A DNA stretch of 64,000 nt from Vicugna vicugna (lineage: Eukaryota), in assembly GCA_013265495.1 (NCBI GenBank), contig MU058584.1:3600508-3664507 (forward strand). The letters are read 5' to 3'. Position numbers and translations under genes: made by a program. Shown in pieces: positions 38,410 to 49,472 of the stretch. The notes under the pieces were generated by a model. It searched no databases. It saw only the letters and a program-made list of their open reading frames with translations, and was not told the DNA's origin. The first letter of the stretch is position 1. The number at the start of each line of letters is the position of its first letter.

Positions 38410-40730
38410 TGAGTTATCGGTCCCAATTCTTTATGCCCCTGTGGTTCTTCACACTCACACGCTTGCTACGGCTTCAAGGTACGCAGGGTGCATGTGTCTC
38501 TGCCCCTTGACTTGGGGCTTGGCTACGTGACTGGCTTTGGCCAACGGGATAATAGTAAATAAGCGAAGAGTGAAATCTGCTTGTACGGAGGGTCTTGCCC
38601 TCTTGTGTTCCTGTCATCCACCACGACAAGAGTTTCCTTCCAGGTTCAATCTGGAACCCAAAGCAAATACACATGGGCACACCTTAGCCTGGCCCATAAG
38701 CTGCAACCACATGCAGCCAACCCACTGCCTGAAGCCCAGCTACCCAGGGAAGCCCAGCGGAGGTCAGTTGACATGCAGCTCTGTGAGCATAAAAACTAAT
38801 GCTTGTTTTTGCAAGACACTGAGTTTTGGAGTATGTGTGGTACAGTAAAAGCTGACCAATACAGAAGTTTGTAGCTAGAAGTGAGCTGCTGCTGTAACAA
38901 AAATGTAAAAACATATTTGGGACTGAGAAGCAAGTGGCCCAGAAACTGTTCTAAGCTGGAAAAATGATGGCCTATGTTATGCAGTAGTAAGATGTTTGAT
39001 AAAATTGTCACTTGCAGTTATTGAAACATAACGTACCTAATGAAATGAGGAACAAAGTTTTAAGCCGGACTGTTGGCTGTGGATTAGCCACTACTAGCTA
39101 CATTTGACAAAAGTCCTAGGGCAAAGAGAGCTAAGAAATGAGCTTAGGGAGAAAAAAAAAAGAACTGGCCAGATTTCAAGCAGAGGGAATATGGAGATCA
39201 CAGAAATTGCAGAGTTGGGGAAATGGAACTATTTCTCTTCAAATCACGGGAGTGGCTATTAAAACACAGCTTTGAGAAAAGGACCAAATCAAAAGTATAG
39301 CTCTTTACAAGCCCTTGGAAAGGACTAAGGGAGCACAGAGCAGATCCTTCCAGCTGCACAAAAGGACCACTAGAAATACAAAAAACCTTGGCCCAGGAGC
39401 CTGAAGGGCCCCCAGCTTTCCTTTTCCGTGTCTAAAGAGAGCCGTATTCCCAAAAGAGTGGTGGGTGTTGCTTTGGGCACATGATACAGATTGTAATCAA
39501 ATACTTAGAAAACTCACCAAGTTTTTAGGAGAACTGTGTAGGCAAAAGTCACCTTACAAACCTGGACTATCAAAAAAAAAAAATTCTGAGTCTGTTCAAG
39601 ATGTAGAAGGATGTGTGGGAGTCTGTATTTTAAAGACAGGGAGCAGGTTGAGAAGGCTGCTCTGCCACCAAGAAGGGCATATTCCTCCATGGCCTCTTCA
39701 GAAGAGGCTAAGGAGAATGACGGACAGTCATTCCGTGAAGAACGTGAACTTTGGAGTCACTTCCAGGGGCAGAACCAAGGGACATTCCCTGCCCCCAGGA
39801 CAGGGGGACCTGACAACACTTATGGAAGGGCTTTCAGAATTGCTAGGCTCAGCCTCTCACTCCTCCTCCTTTCAAATCAACGTGTTCCTTGTGGTTATCC
39901 GGTCCCTGCGCCACCATCCTATCTAGGGGTGGGGAGAGGGATAACTTGCCTTCTGAGTTCATAGGTCTCCTGATTAAGTGGACCTAACGGAAGTCATGAA
40001 AATCTGGACTTTGAACTGATGCTGTGATTAGATGAGACTTGTGAGGGATCTTGGAATGGGTGTGAGTGTATTTTGCATGAGGGAAGGTCGTGAATAATTT
40101 TAGATCGAATCACTGGTTCCAATTATTGACTCCCTTGTGGTAGTACCATATACTGACACCTACTATGGATTGACTTGGCCCCTAAAAATTCACGTGTTGA
40201 AGCCCTGACCCCCAGTGTGACTGTCTTTGGACATTGAGTCTTTGGGAGGTAATTAAGTTTAAATGAGGTTATAAGTGTGGGCCCCTAATCCAGTAAGACT
40301 AGTGGCCTTATAGGAAGAGAAAGAGAGGAAGAATTCTCACTCTCTATCCACATATAGCATTGAAGAAAGTCCACGTGAACACGCAGTGACATGGAGATCA
40401 CCTACAAGCCAAGAGGAGGCCTCAGAATGAAACCTACTTTGCCAGCATCTTGATCTTGGACTTCCCAACCTCTAGAACTGTGAGAAATAACTGTCTCTTG
40501 TTTAAGATATCCAGGCTATGGTATCTGGTTAAGGCAGCCTGAGCAGACTGAGACAACACTCTTACCATGGCATCCTGGTGGGCAGAGAGTGTTTCTCCAG
40601 GTCTTGACTTTAGGCCTGGCCATGTGACTTGCTTTGACTAATAAGATGTTAGGGGTTATCATATGAGTAGAGGATTGACATGTACTTACACAGCATGGCT
40701 TGCCTCTTATGCTCAAGTGATCCCTCCAGC
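38410..40730 (+). mobile_element. Old MaLR with LTR-internal-LTR layout (MLT1H-like)
   Basis: 5' LTR ends gctgaccaataca (~38862), then MLT-int-like gaagtttgtagctagaagtgag...gactttgaactgatgctg, then a second LTR sharing ccttgactt...ggccatgtgacttgctttg. Confidence 0.65.
40161..40555 (+). mobile_element. MLT1A-like solo LTR nested in the older MaLR 3' LTR
   Basis: tactatggattga...atcttggacttcccaacctctagaactgtgagaaataa...gcagactgagaca, with 5-bp TSD acacc/acact. Confidence 0.85.
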
Positions 40731-41119
40731 CTGGTCCTTCCCCACAAAATCCAGTGGTTTACATAAAAAGTATTTAATTTCATGTTTACTGGTCTTTAGG
40801 TCAACTATGGGTCAGATGATCTAGGCTGGGCTCCACTGGCAGCTCTTCTGCAGGCAGAGAATTGGTTGGGAGTGGTTCCAGGTTCTGGGTTGAGTTAAGG
40901 TCAGCTCCCCACGTTGTCTGAAGACCAGGCTCAAGGAGCAGCTACCCAGGAGAAACTCTTCATAGCCACTCATAGAAGCATCAGAGGCAAGCCCCACTGT
41001 GCAAGCACAGGTCAATTCTCTGCTCACATTACGTCCACTAACATCCCACTGCTGTGCAGCAAAAGCTGACAACGACATTACTTGAATTTTGAGACCACAT
41101 TTCCTCAAACAATGCTGTT

Positions 41120-41335
41120 GTCCCTCTACCCTTGATATCTCTTCTTGGTAAATTTCTGTCCACCGACCCCCTCACTCTGCTGTGGGCTATAATTCCCCAG
41201 ATCGTCTTTGCCGGATTCAGAATTGAGCAGGGGTAACACTGCTCCATTGAGATGGTCTTGTCAGCTGTCTCAAAAATCCTGAATAAAGTCCTACTTTTTC
41301 GCTTTAACAAGTGTCAGTGTAATTTCTTCTTTAAT
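41120..41335 (+). mobile_element. ERV1 LTR 3' fragment (MER31-like)
   Basis: Similar to the reverse complement of 44076-44423; TATA-like ctataa and AATAAA near 41282. Confidence 0.6.
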
Positions 41336-42129
41336 GAGTTTCCAACAAAAACCCAAACCCAGGATCTCGTTTCTGGAATGAGAAGGGCTTGAAGCCTTCT
41401 CCGCTCACTTTTATTGTATTGTCCACAGAGCTGCAAGCAAACAAATCCTTTGAACATTCTGGAGAAGACCATTCTATACAGTTACTTCCTCCACAGCATG
41501 ACATTCTTGGGATGTAACAGGCAATAACTAAGAAAGCAGGAAGTTCCTTCTCCGTGTATATTACATACGAAGTTCTGAATATATGCCTGCCAGGATACCA
41601 GCAGGCTTCCCGAAAGATCCCAGACCCTTCCTCACCTTCCTCCACTCCTTCGCTGGTCTCCTCTTCAGAACGCATTCCTTGAAGCGTGGCGAGAGTGCCT
41701 TGAGTGCTCAGCCAAGCAAGTGCAAAGCGCTGGTTCATGCAAACGAGCACAGGAACGCGTACACCCAGGTTACACTCAGTTCAAACATAAATCCAGGCTC
41801 TTCCTGCCTCATCTATGCCGAGGTCGCATCGGCGCGCCGGACGCCGACAGAGAGGGAGCAGAGAGGGCAGAGGGCACGACTGTCCAGGCCGGCAAGGTGG
41901 AGCCGGGCGGAGGGTCGGGAGCTCCGCCGGGAGGAGCGCGCGGCGCAGACCGGCCGGAAGCCACGCCGGGAGGAGGGTCGGGAGCTGGCGCGGGCGCCGT
42001 CCCCCCGGCGCCGCCGAGGCCTGCTGACATCAGCCGCGCTCCTCCCCTCGCCTCCCAACACCCTCAGCTCCCGGCCGGACCCTCCCTCCTCCCACCACGT
42101 GTCCTCCCCGCTCCCTCCCGAGGGGCCGC

Positions 42130-42238
42130 GCGCACTGGAAGCCGGAGAGACGGAAAGGATGGCGCTGTGACAGCCGGGCCGGAGCCCTCGGCGTCTCCAC
42201 CCGCGGCCCCGGCCCGCGCCCCGGCGCTCGGCCCGGCG
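42130..42238 (+). other. POGK: Probable non-coding first exon of POGK (5' boundary uncertain)
   Basis: Strong donor GCG|gtgagt at 42239 inside the CpG island. Exon 2 has only 2 nt before its ATG, so an upstream exon is required. Confidence 0.65.
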
Positions 42239-42274
42239 GTGAGTGCGCGCGGGCGGGCGGAGCGGGGGCGGGGA

Positions 42275-42285
42275 NNNNNNNNNNN
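42275..42285. other. Assembly gap (11 N)
   Basis: Seen directly; true gap size unknown. Confidence 0.99.
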
Positions 42286-43606
42286 GCCCCGGCTGCTCGG
42301 CAGGTGCGCTGGGGCCGGGAGCGGGCCAGGCGGGGAGGCGGGCTGGGCCGGGCGCGGGCAGGGGGGCGGCGGGACCGCTCCCGGCGCGGGGCCGCGGAGA
42401 AAGGGAAATGGGACAAGATGGCTGGAGAAACCCGAGCGCGCCCGGGGGCGCGGCGGCGGCGGGCGGGGCGCCGGGCAGCGCGGGTGGGCGGCGGCGGCCG
42501 GAGCTGCGGGCACCTCTTCGCCGGCACCCACCTCCGCCGCGGGGCGGCGCGCCCCACCCTCCCCGCAACCTCCCTCCGGGGAGCCGGCGGGGGAGGCCAT
42601 GGCCAAGTTCGGCCCCAGCTTTAGAGATCTGAAGCCTGTTCCGCCCGCCCCAGACCTATTGCTGTCGCATTCGCCTGTCCTTCTTGGAAATACCGAAGAT
42701 GTGACTTTGAATTCTGGAAGGATTTTTCTTTGGAAGCCCCGGAGGATGCGGTCGACAAGATGCACATTCACTCCACACCCAGGAATTGCCCGTGCCCCTA
42801 GAGGGCAGGAGCGCGGCCCATTGTACTGGTCAAGGAGCTCAGCGAAAGAGAATTTGCGGCCCAGAGGCATCGAGTTATTTCCTGGCGAGGGTGGGCCCCC
42901 AGAGCCTGGCCCAACTGATTTGTGCACCTTCTTGGGTATCCAGGCGTTAGCGCTCACGAACCGTCACTGATTCCTGGGCTTGGAAAGTCACTTAAGGCAG
43001 AACGACTCGAACTTCTGACCCGACTCATGGACAGAACCTTTGAATTTGGAAGATCCAGGGGATGGGTATTCTGGGCCAACCAACCTCCTGATGCTGAACT
43101 GGCCTGTAGGAACAACCCCGTTGTGCAAGTGCTCTGTTTTCAAACACCTTCCTTGATAGGAAGCCAACACCCCTGTCTAGCTGCTGATTCCATGTTTGGG
43201 TGGCACTAACCGTGAGAAAGTTCTGCCTCCCCATGCACTCTTCAAAACCTCTTCTCGGAATGTTTACCCACCAGCCTGTTCTGCCCTTGCGTCTCTACAG
43301 AACCAGTCTGGTCTCTCTTCCCAGGTGGCTTTTTAAATATTTGAAGGCAGCCAGGTATGCTATCTGCCTGCACCCCCTCTTATCATAATTAAATATGTCA
43401 CCTTCCAGCTTCCTGGTGCTTTCCCCAGAGCCCTTGCTCCCCAGGCCTGACTCTGTCCCCTTCCTTCAGGATCCAGCCATACTGTGCTTGGGGCTGAAAA
43501 GGTTTGTGTAGGCTGAGCTGCCCTCCCCTCCCCATCACAGACTTTGAAGATGAAGAGTTCACACCACACTAGCCTGATTTTTCTGAAATGAATCTTGCTT
43601 GCAGAG

Positions 43607-43738
43607 ATGGAGTCCACAGCCTACCCTCTTAATTTGACCCTGAAAGAAGAGGAAGAAGAAGAAGAGATTCAGAGCCGGGAACTAGAGGATGGCCCCACAG
43701 ACATGCAGAAAGTCCGAATCTGCTCAGAGGGCGGATGG
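43607..43738 (+). CDS. POGK: POGK coding exon 1 (MESTAYPLNLTLKEEEEEEEIQSRELEDGPTDMQKVRICSEGGW)
   Basis: Acceptor ttgcttgcag|AG then ATG at 43607; donor TGG|gtaagt. Matches the recalled POGK N-terminus. Confidence 0.96.
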
Positions 43739-44075
43739 GTAAGTAAGAAGGTTTGGGGTCCACTCTCGGCTGTCGGGCAGGCCTGGGAGCCAGGCTTGTG
43801 TTAAGTCTCCTCCTCAGGCAGACGTAGGAAGTAAAAATAGTCTAGTCCAGCCTGGTGTATGTGCATTCCTGAGAAAACAGTCCTGTAGCTTTAAAAGGCA
43901 CAGTGAAGAATGGAGGAACTGGTTATGGGAACAGTCCCTTCAGCCACGTAGCTTATTGCCAACAAGATTGGAAGTCCAGGAGGCCACGACTGCATCTCTC
44001 CTGTGCCCCTGGATTCCCTGTATCCTACTCAGTGCCAGGCATATCGTGGACACCAGCTAAATGTCTGCTGACCTA

Positions 44076-44423
44076 TGTTAAAGAAAAATTATTCTGATAC
44101 TTGTTCAGATGATAGGGAAGACCATTCAGGACTATTTGAGAGAGGTTTCAAGACTGTCACAATAAAGGAGAGAGGTGAGGCGCAACAGTAAACACAAAGT
44201 GGGGATTTATGGCCAAAGAGTGGAGTGGAGGGCTCAGCAGGTGGAAAATTACCAAGAGGAGACATCAAGGGTCGGGGGTTCTTTCTAAACTGACTTAACA
44301 GGATTCTGGCTAAAACTGGGCTGGGTTGGCTGAGGACAGGAGGGGAGCCAAGATGGAGGCCTGGTGGAGAAGAGGACTCAGCGGAGCCTAATTAAAGTCT
44401 GGGTGAAGGCAGAGTCTTTGTCA
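44076..44423 (-). mobile_element. ERV1 solo LTR (MER31-like) in a POGK intron
   Basis: TG...CA termini (minus strand starts tgacaaagactct) and a perfect 4-bp TSD CCTA at 44072-44075 and 44424-44427. Confidence 0.85.
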
Positions 44424-46810
44424 CCTACTGCTGGTTGAAGGGAACCATTTAAACTATTTAAGGAAGGCTTGGTGCACTGAGCTGACAGGAGGAGAGGATG
44501 AGGCAAGGCCAGTGGTTCTGTGTGAAAGCCTCTTACAATAGTTCACACTGGAGAGGGCTGCCGGCCAGCTGGCCTGGCTGGAAGAATTGGGTAGTAGGCA
44601 GCAGTGAATAGGGAGCATATCCTAACAGAATCATGTGATGGAGTGAAAATGTAAACCCCACGAGAGGCTGTGTGCTACCCTGAGTCTGAGTTCTCTCCTC
44701 ACATGCCGAGGACGTCACCCTCGGGGCTGCTCTTTCTAAGGGGCCCTAGGGTTCACTCCAGCCACCATGCAGAGGCCTGAGTGGCCAGCAAGAAAGCACG
44801 GGCTGGGGAGCCAGACTTTCTAAGAACTCTGACCTTGGGCGAGATACTTATTAGCCTGGTCTCCTCACCCATAACATTGCGGGAGAAGTCCCCCATCGCT
44901 ATATTAAAGGATGCAATAAGAGGATACATTTAGCCATGCCAGAGGGAGCACCCTCCATGGTTCCTGGCACACGTCAGGCACTCTGTCGGTGCACCAGGAC
45001 CAGCCTCTGCCCTCAGATCCCCGCCGGCTTCACTGGGTAGGTGTGTGGCCTCGGCGGTGTGCCTGGGTGGTGTGTGAGGAGATAAGTGTTGGAGGGCCCG
45101 CTCGCTGGGCCGAGCACGTGAGCTGAAGGGAGAACACCTATCTGATGAGGCCTTGATCTTCTGCGGGGAGGGCCGAGGGCAGGGATCCAGGGCCCCTACC
45201 TGTGAGGCCGAGCCAGGGTGTCTGGGGGTTGAACACTGCTGCCTGCTTTCAGAGTTTTGCCAGGGGCCGGCCCTGTTTACCTTCTGCTGCGCTCGGCCAG
45301 ATAAAAGGCCTCTGTGGAGAGAGGAGAGGCCTGCGCGGGAGGGCCTGGCGGAAGGCTCGCTGATTCTCACAGAAGGTGGCTGTGAGGGGAATTTCTAAGC
45401 CGCTGCCCTGTGCGCCTCTGGAGCATAATGTGGGCTTGTCTGAGGACCCTCCATGGCTCGATCAGAAATAGGAGATGAATCCAGCCCTGGCCTCCAGCTG
45501 CCTTCTCACCACTTCAGGGCTGCTGACAGTTGTACCAGGCCTGGGACGTGTTACCTTCTACAAGTATCCATATCGATGGCCCCTCTGAAATGACAGGCAT
45601 AGCCAGTCCTGTGTCCTGTTTTATCAGCAAAGGGAAAGTGACTATAAATAGGTATGGCCTAGATCTGGAATTTCCTAGGGAGAGAAAAGGCCAAAGGGAG
45701 AGTTGTTGAAAAGCCTGGGAAGTGGGAAGGGGTGGGATGGAAAATTCCTGGCCGACTGGCTTTCCAGATCATTGAAGGCTGAGCAGAGCCCAGAGACCAA
45801 TTCATTCGTACCTCTTGATATGTTACACTTGGGATTTTTGTCCATTCTAACTCCAAAGAGCAGGCTCAGTTTTGTGACAGTTGAATTTTAATGATTATTT
45901 GAAATGATTCCAAGTGGAACAAGAGAAGGGAAGTCCAGAGATTATTTGCTTAAGTCTTTTACGCAGAAACACATTTTTAAGGGATTACTATCTACCGGAA
46001 GTGTCCTTGGCTTAGGGAAACAAAACGGAGTAAGCCCAGGTTCTGCCCTCAGTGAGCCTACATTCTGGTGGAAGGAGCAGATATGTAAGGCAAGAGGCAC
46101 CCCCACAGCATCGAGCCCAGGACATCTCAGGGCACGCGGCCCGGCTTGGGGTGGGCTTCCCGGGAAGCAGGACGTCTGGGCTGAGTCCTGGAAGGTGGGT
46201 GGGGGTCAGCCAGGCCAGGAATGGGGAGGGCCTCTGAGGCAGCGGGGATCCATATGCGGAGACACGGAGGGTCAGAGACACGGAGATTTGTTCAGGGAAC
46301 TGCGGGCAGCGGAGGACCCCTGAGCATGGGAGGTGGGAGTAGGGGCGAGAGCGCTGGTCACCAAGGGAGACCACTCTGTCCTTGTAAGGCTGGGAGCCTT
46401 GAAGTCAGATAGCACTAGGTCCCAATCTCAACCCTCCCATTTATTGGCTGTGTGACTTGGACCAGAAACGGGGCTGCTCTGAGCCAGTTTCCTCCTTGAT
46501 GAAATGGAGTTGTTGGGGAAAATAAATGAAGTAGCTCCAGGGCCTTCCCTAGGAAGTCCTCCCTATGTGGAAGGGCCGTCAGGGTGGGGAGGGACGAGGT
46601 GGGCTTGGGGAATCAGGAAAGGCCAGGACATCTAAATGATTGATGGCCAGATACCTAAAGAAGCTGCAGACTATGCACTGAACTTTTCTAAGCTGATGAG
46701 AAATACTACTGTGATCCCCTGCACTCCTGAGTCAGCCACGGGGGACAGCTCTGAGAGCAGCCGTCCACTGATCCCTCACCACTGAACACGATGAGCTTTG
46801 GAGTAGGAAT

Positions 46811-46847
46811 TTTGTTTCCATGGAGGTACTGGGGGTTGAACCCAGGA
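46811..46847 (-). mobile_element. 5'-truncated vic-1-like SINE
   Basis: atggaggtactgggggttgaacccagga matches the 3' end of the other copies. Confidence 0.7.
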
Positions 46848-47666
46848 TTTTTAATGACCAAAAGAAAACATAGTAAAAAGAAAAGCAAATAATTGAGCAA
46901 GAGGAAGTTGGTCTGCGTGATTTGGCTGCATCCAGCCTCCCAGGTGCCCCCTTCCACTGGGGGCAGGGAGGTGGGGGAGACGGTTAGGGAGAAGGGAGCA
47001 GAGTGCCCTTCCCTGCCCTTAGGGCTTTGTGCTGTGTGTCCAGGCATCAAAGCAAACCAGTTTGCTCTAGTATCTCATTACATAAATTCAAGCTCTAATT
47101 AGTCCTTCTCTCCTCCTACTCATGCTCTTGTGGATTGGAAACGGCCGGATGAGGCCCTTTCTCTCACTGGCTCCTCCCTGGGCAGCTTTGGGTTCTGAGT
47201 CCAATGCTGGGGCTAGTGCCCCCGGAAATGGAGAATAGTGCCCAGGAAACCCCACCCCCACCCCGGCCTGAGGGTCTGTGACTGAGGGGGAGAGCAGGGT
47301 AGGGATGGGCGTGTTGCAGGGGGAGCTGTCTCAGGGTGCTTCCCTAAATGTGGTTGGTTCCAGCGCTGGATGAGGGGTGAGCAGTGATGAGCTCTCCCTG
47401 TGATGTGATGGGATGTGATGTCCAGTGTCTCCTGACCTGGTGTTTGGTGGTGGGGAGTTTTATTCTCAAGGTGCCGCTCGCATCTGTGAACAGGACGGGC
47501 ACTCAGCAGGGCACGGGGGGACCTTGCTGGTGTCCGGGTTTTGCCTCTCAGAGCCCTGTGAGTGACGTGTTCCTGGGTCCCGGCCCCTCGCCTGTGAGAT
47601 GAAGGTGTGTGGTCTGTGTCGGTGTGTGCCTGCGAATCGCTGAGAAAGGCCTGTTCACTGTTGCAG

Positions 47667-47793
47667 GTGCCGGCCCTATTCGATGAGGTGGCCATATATT
47701 TTTCTGATGAGGAGTGGGAAGTTTTGACGGAGCAACAAAAGGCCCTCTACCGGGAGGTCATGAGGATGAATTATGAAACTGTCCTGTCCCTGG
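47667..47793 (+). CDS. POGK: POGK KRAB-A exon ([42 protein letters not shown])
   Basis: 127-nt exon, the typical KRAB-A size. Acceptor ttgcag, donor CTGG|gtaaag. Confidence 0.96.
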
Positions 47794-48550
47794 GTAAAGC
47801 TTTGTTTTCCTTTGTCTCCTAGAAGCTCTGAGCCCAGAGAATTGTTTCCATGTCTTCCCTGGTGTGTCCAACACCCCTCTCTCTTGAACTTGGACTCTGT
47901 CTGCTCAATGCCTGTGCCCATTTAATTTCCTGTTTTTGATTTAGGCAGGATATAAATATTGTGTCTTTCTAGTTGGCAACTTGTGCCACCTCTCAGGCCC
48001 ATCCTCATTCAATCCAGGCATTCACATCAAAAAAAAGAAAAACTAAGACATAATCTAAAAAATGTCACCACGGGTCTGAAGCTGTGCTTCATGTGTTCCT
48101 TAGGCAAGAAGGCAGGCCTCCTTATTACCCTGTGAGCCTCAGAAGCTTGGGGACATAATCCAAAGGCTCCTTGCTTCCTTCCCACATTGATATCCATATT
48201 ATTAGAATGTTAACCATTTAGACGGATTTTCCCGTTTGCTCATACAGGTAACAGAACATTCATTAGATCAGTGGTGCATCCACCCACTTCCCTGCTAGAT
48301 GCAGTTCTTTTTTTTTTTTTGGTTGTTGCAGGTGATCCATAAATTCCCTTGGACAGACCTAGTCCAATCATATTTTTTCTTTAAGTATCCCTGAGCCCTT
48401 TCCCCTGCCTTTCATAAATCTCCATATTGAGAAGACCCTGGTGGGGTGAGAGTGGAGGGGAGGGTTCCTTAAGTATTATAAAGTATTTATTTTGGCAGTG
48501 CTGCAGGACCGTAACACACAGCTGTTACCTGTTTTATTTCCTATAAACAG

Positions 48551-48649
48551 AATTCCCATTCCCTAAGCCTGACATGATCACTCGGTTGGAAGGGGAGGAG
48601 GAATCTCATCATTCTGACGACTGGCAGCTCCAAGGAGGAACTTTTGCAG
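48551..48649 (+). CDS. POGK: POGK KRAB-B-like exon (EFPFPKPDMITRLEGEEESHHSDDWQLQGGTFA)
   Basis: 99 nt, acceptor ctataaacag, donor CAG|gtacta, KPDMITRLE KRAB-B motif, phase 1 at both ends. Too short for the ORF track. Confidence 0.95.
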
Positions 48650-49177
48650 GTACTATGATTCACCCAATCCAGCATCCAGCCAGTGGGGAATGATGAAGAT
48701 GGATTTTAAGTTTCCATGTACGTTCTGTGGGGTATTAAGAAGTTTCAAAATCTCTTTCTTTCCTGTGCTGTGTGACCTTAGGCAACTTCATCCACCTCTC
48801 TGAGCCTTCACGTCTTCATTTGACTTTGGGTAATATAAATCTCAACGTGCACCCTTGTGATGGAGTTGAAGCAAATTGAAGTTTGTATGGTGTTGGTCCA
48901 GCACACATCCTGGGTGCCTTGGTAGCATACTGTACACTTTGAAAACTAAGGGAGATAGTGTGACGAAGCATGCACCCCGGGTTATTTACTTGTCCTGTCC
49001 ATTTCTTTTTGGATAGAAAGAGCAACAGCAGTTATAGTACACATTTGAGCAAATATGTCTAAGAGGCACATGGTCTTTTATCAAGAAACATAGTTATAAG
49101 GGTAGGAGTTGGATAAATACAGCTTCCAAACAGCCAGAGTGGTTTTATTTGCCTTCTCTCTGTGATCATTTACAATG

Positions 49178-49472
49178 CCATATTTCATTAATTCTAAGAC
49201 ACATTTTTTTTCCCCTCACCATTTTAACATCTCTGCAATTGAGAATGCCTCTTAAAATTGATAGCATGTTTTAGTTTAATTAGTGGCATTTTTTTTTCTT
49301 TTTGTTTGTTTTTTTAATGGAGGTACTGAGGATTGAACCTAGGACCTTATGCATGCATGCTAAGCATGCGCTCTACCACTGAGCTATTACTCTCCCCCCG
49401 TATTTTTTTTCCGTAATGGCATACGGTGGTGCATCTTGCAATGTGTAGCATCTTAGGTTTGGTGAGATATGG
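49178..49472. mobile_element. MER104-like Tc2/pogo MITE, interrupted by a SINE
   Basis: Terminal inverted repeats: ccatatttcattaattctaaga vs reverse complement of the right end ccatatctcaccaaacctaaga (17/22 match). TA at 49473-49474 and TG on the left. About 180 bp once the SINE and one TSD copy are removed. Confidence 0.8.
49299..49399 (-). mobile_element. tRNA-Ala-derived SINE (vic-1-like)
   Basis: atggaggtactgaggattgaacctagg...ctctaccactgagcta...cccccc, flanked by TSD-like g(c/t)a(t)n c on both sides. Confidence 0.87.

Larger units (their letters stand above)
41800..42660. promoter_or_regulatory. POGK: CpG island / POGK promoter
   Basis: Very GC- and CpG-dense block with GC boxes (GGGGCGGGG), an ETS-like CCGGAAG near 41954 and a YY1-like AAGATGGC near 42415, about 1 kb upstream of the POGK ATG exon. 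Confidence 0.9.

Noticed and set aside
41583..42970. Long overlapping ORFs (195-416 aa) on both strands
   Set aside because: Stop-poor CpG island, low-complexity G/A/P/R translations, several crossing an N gap, no recognisable domain.
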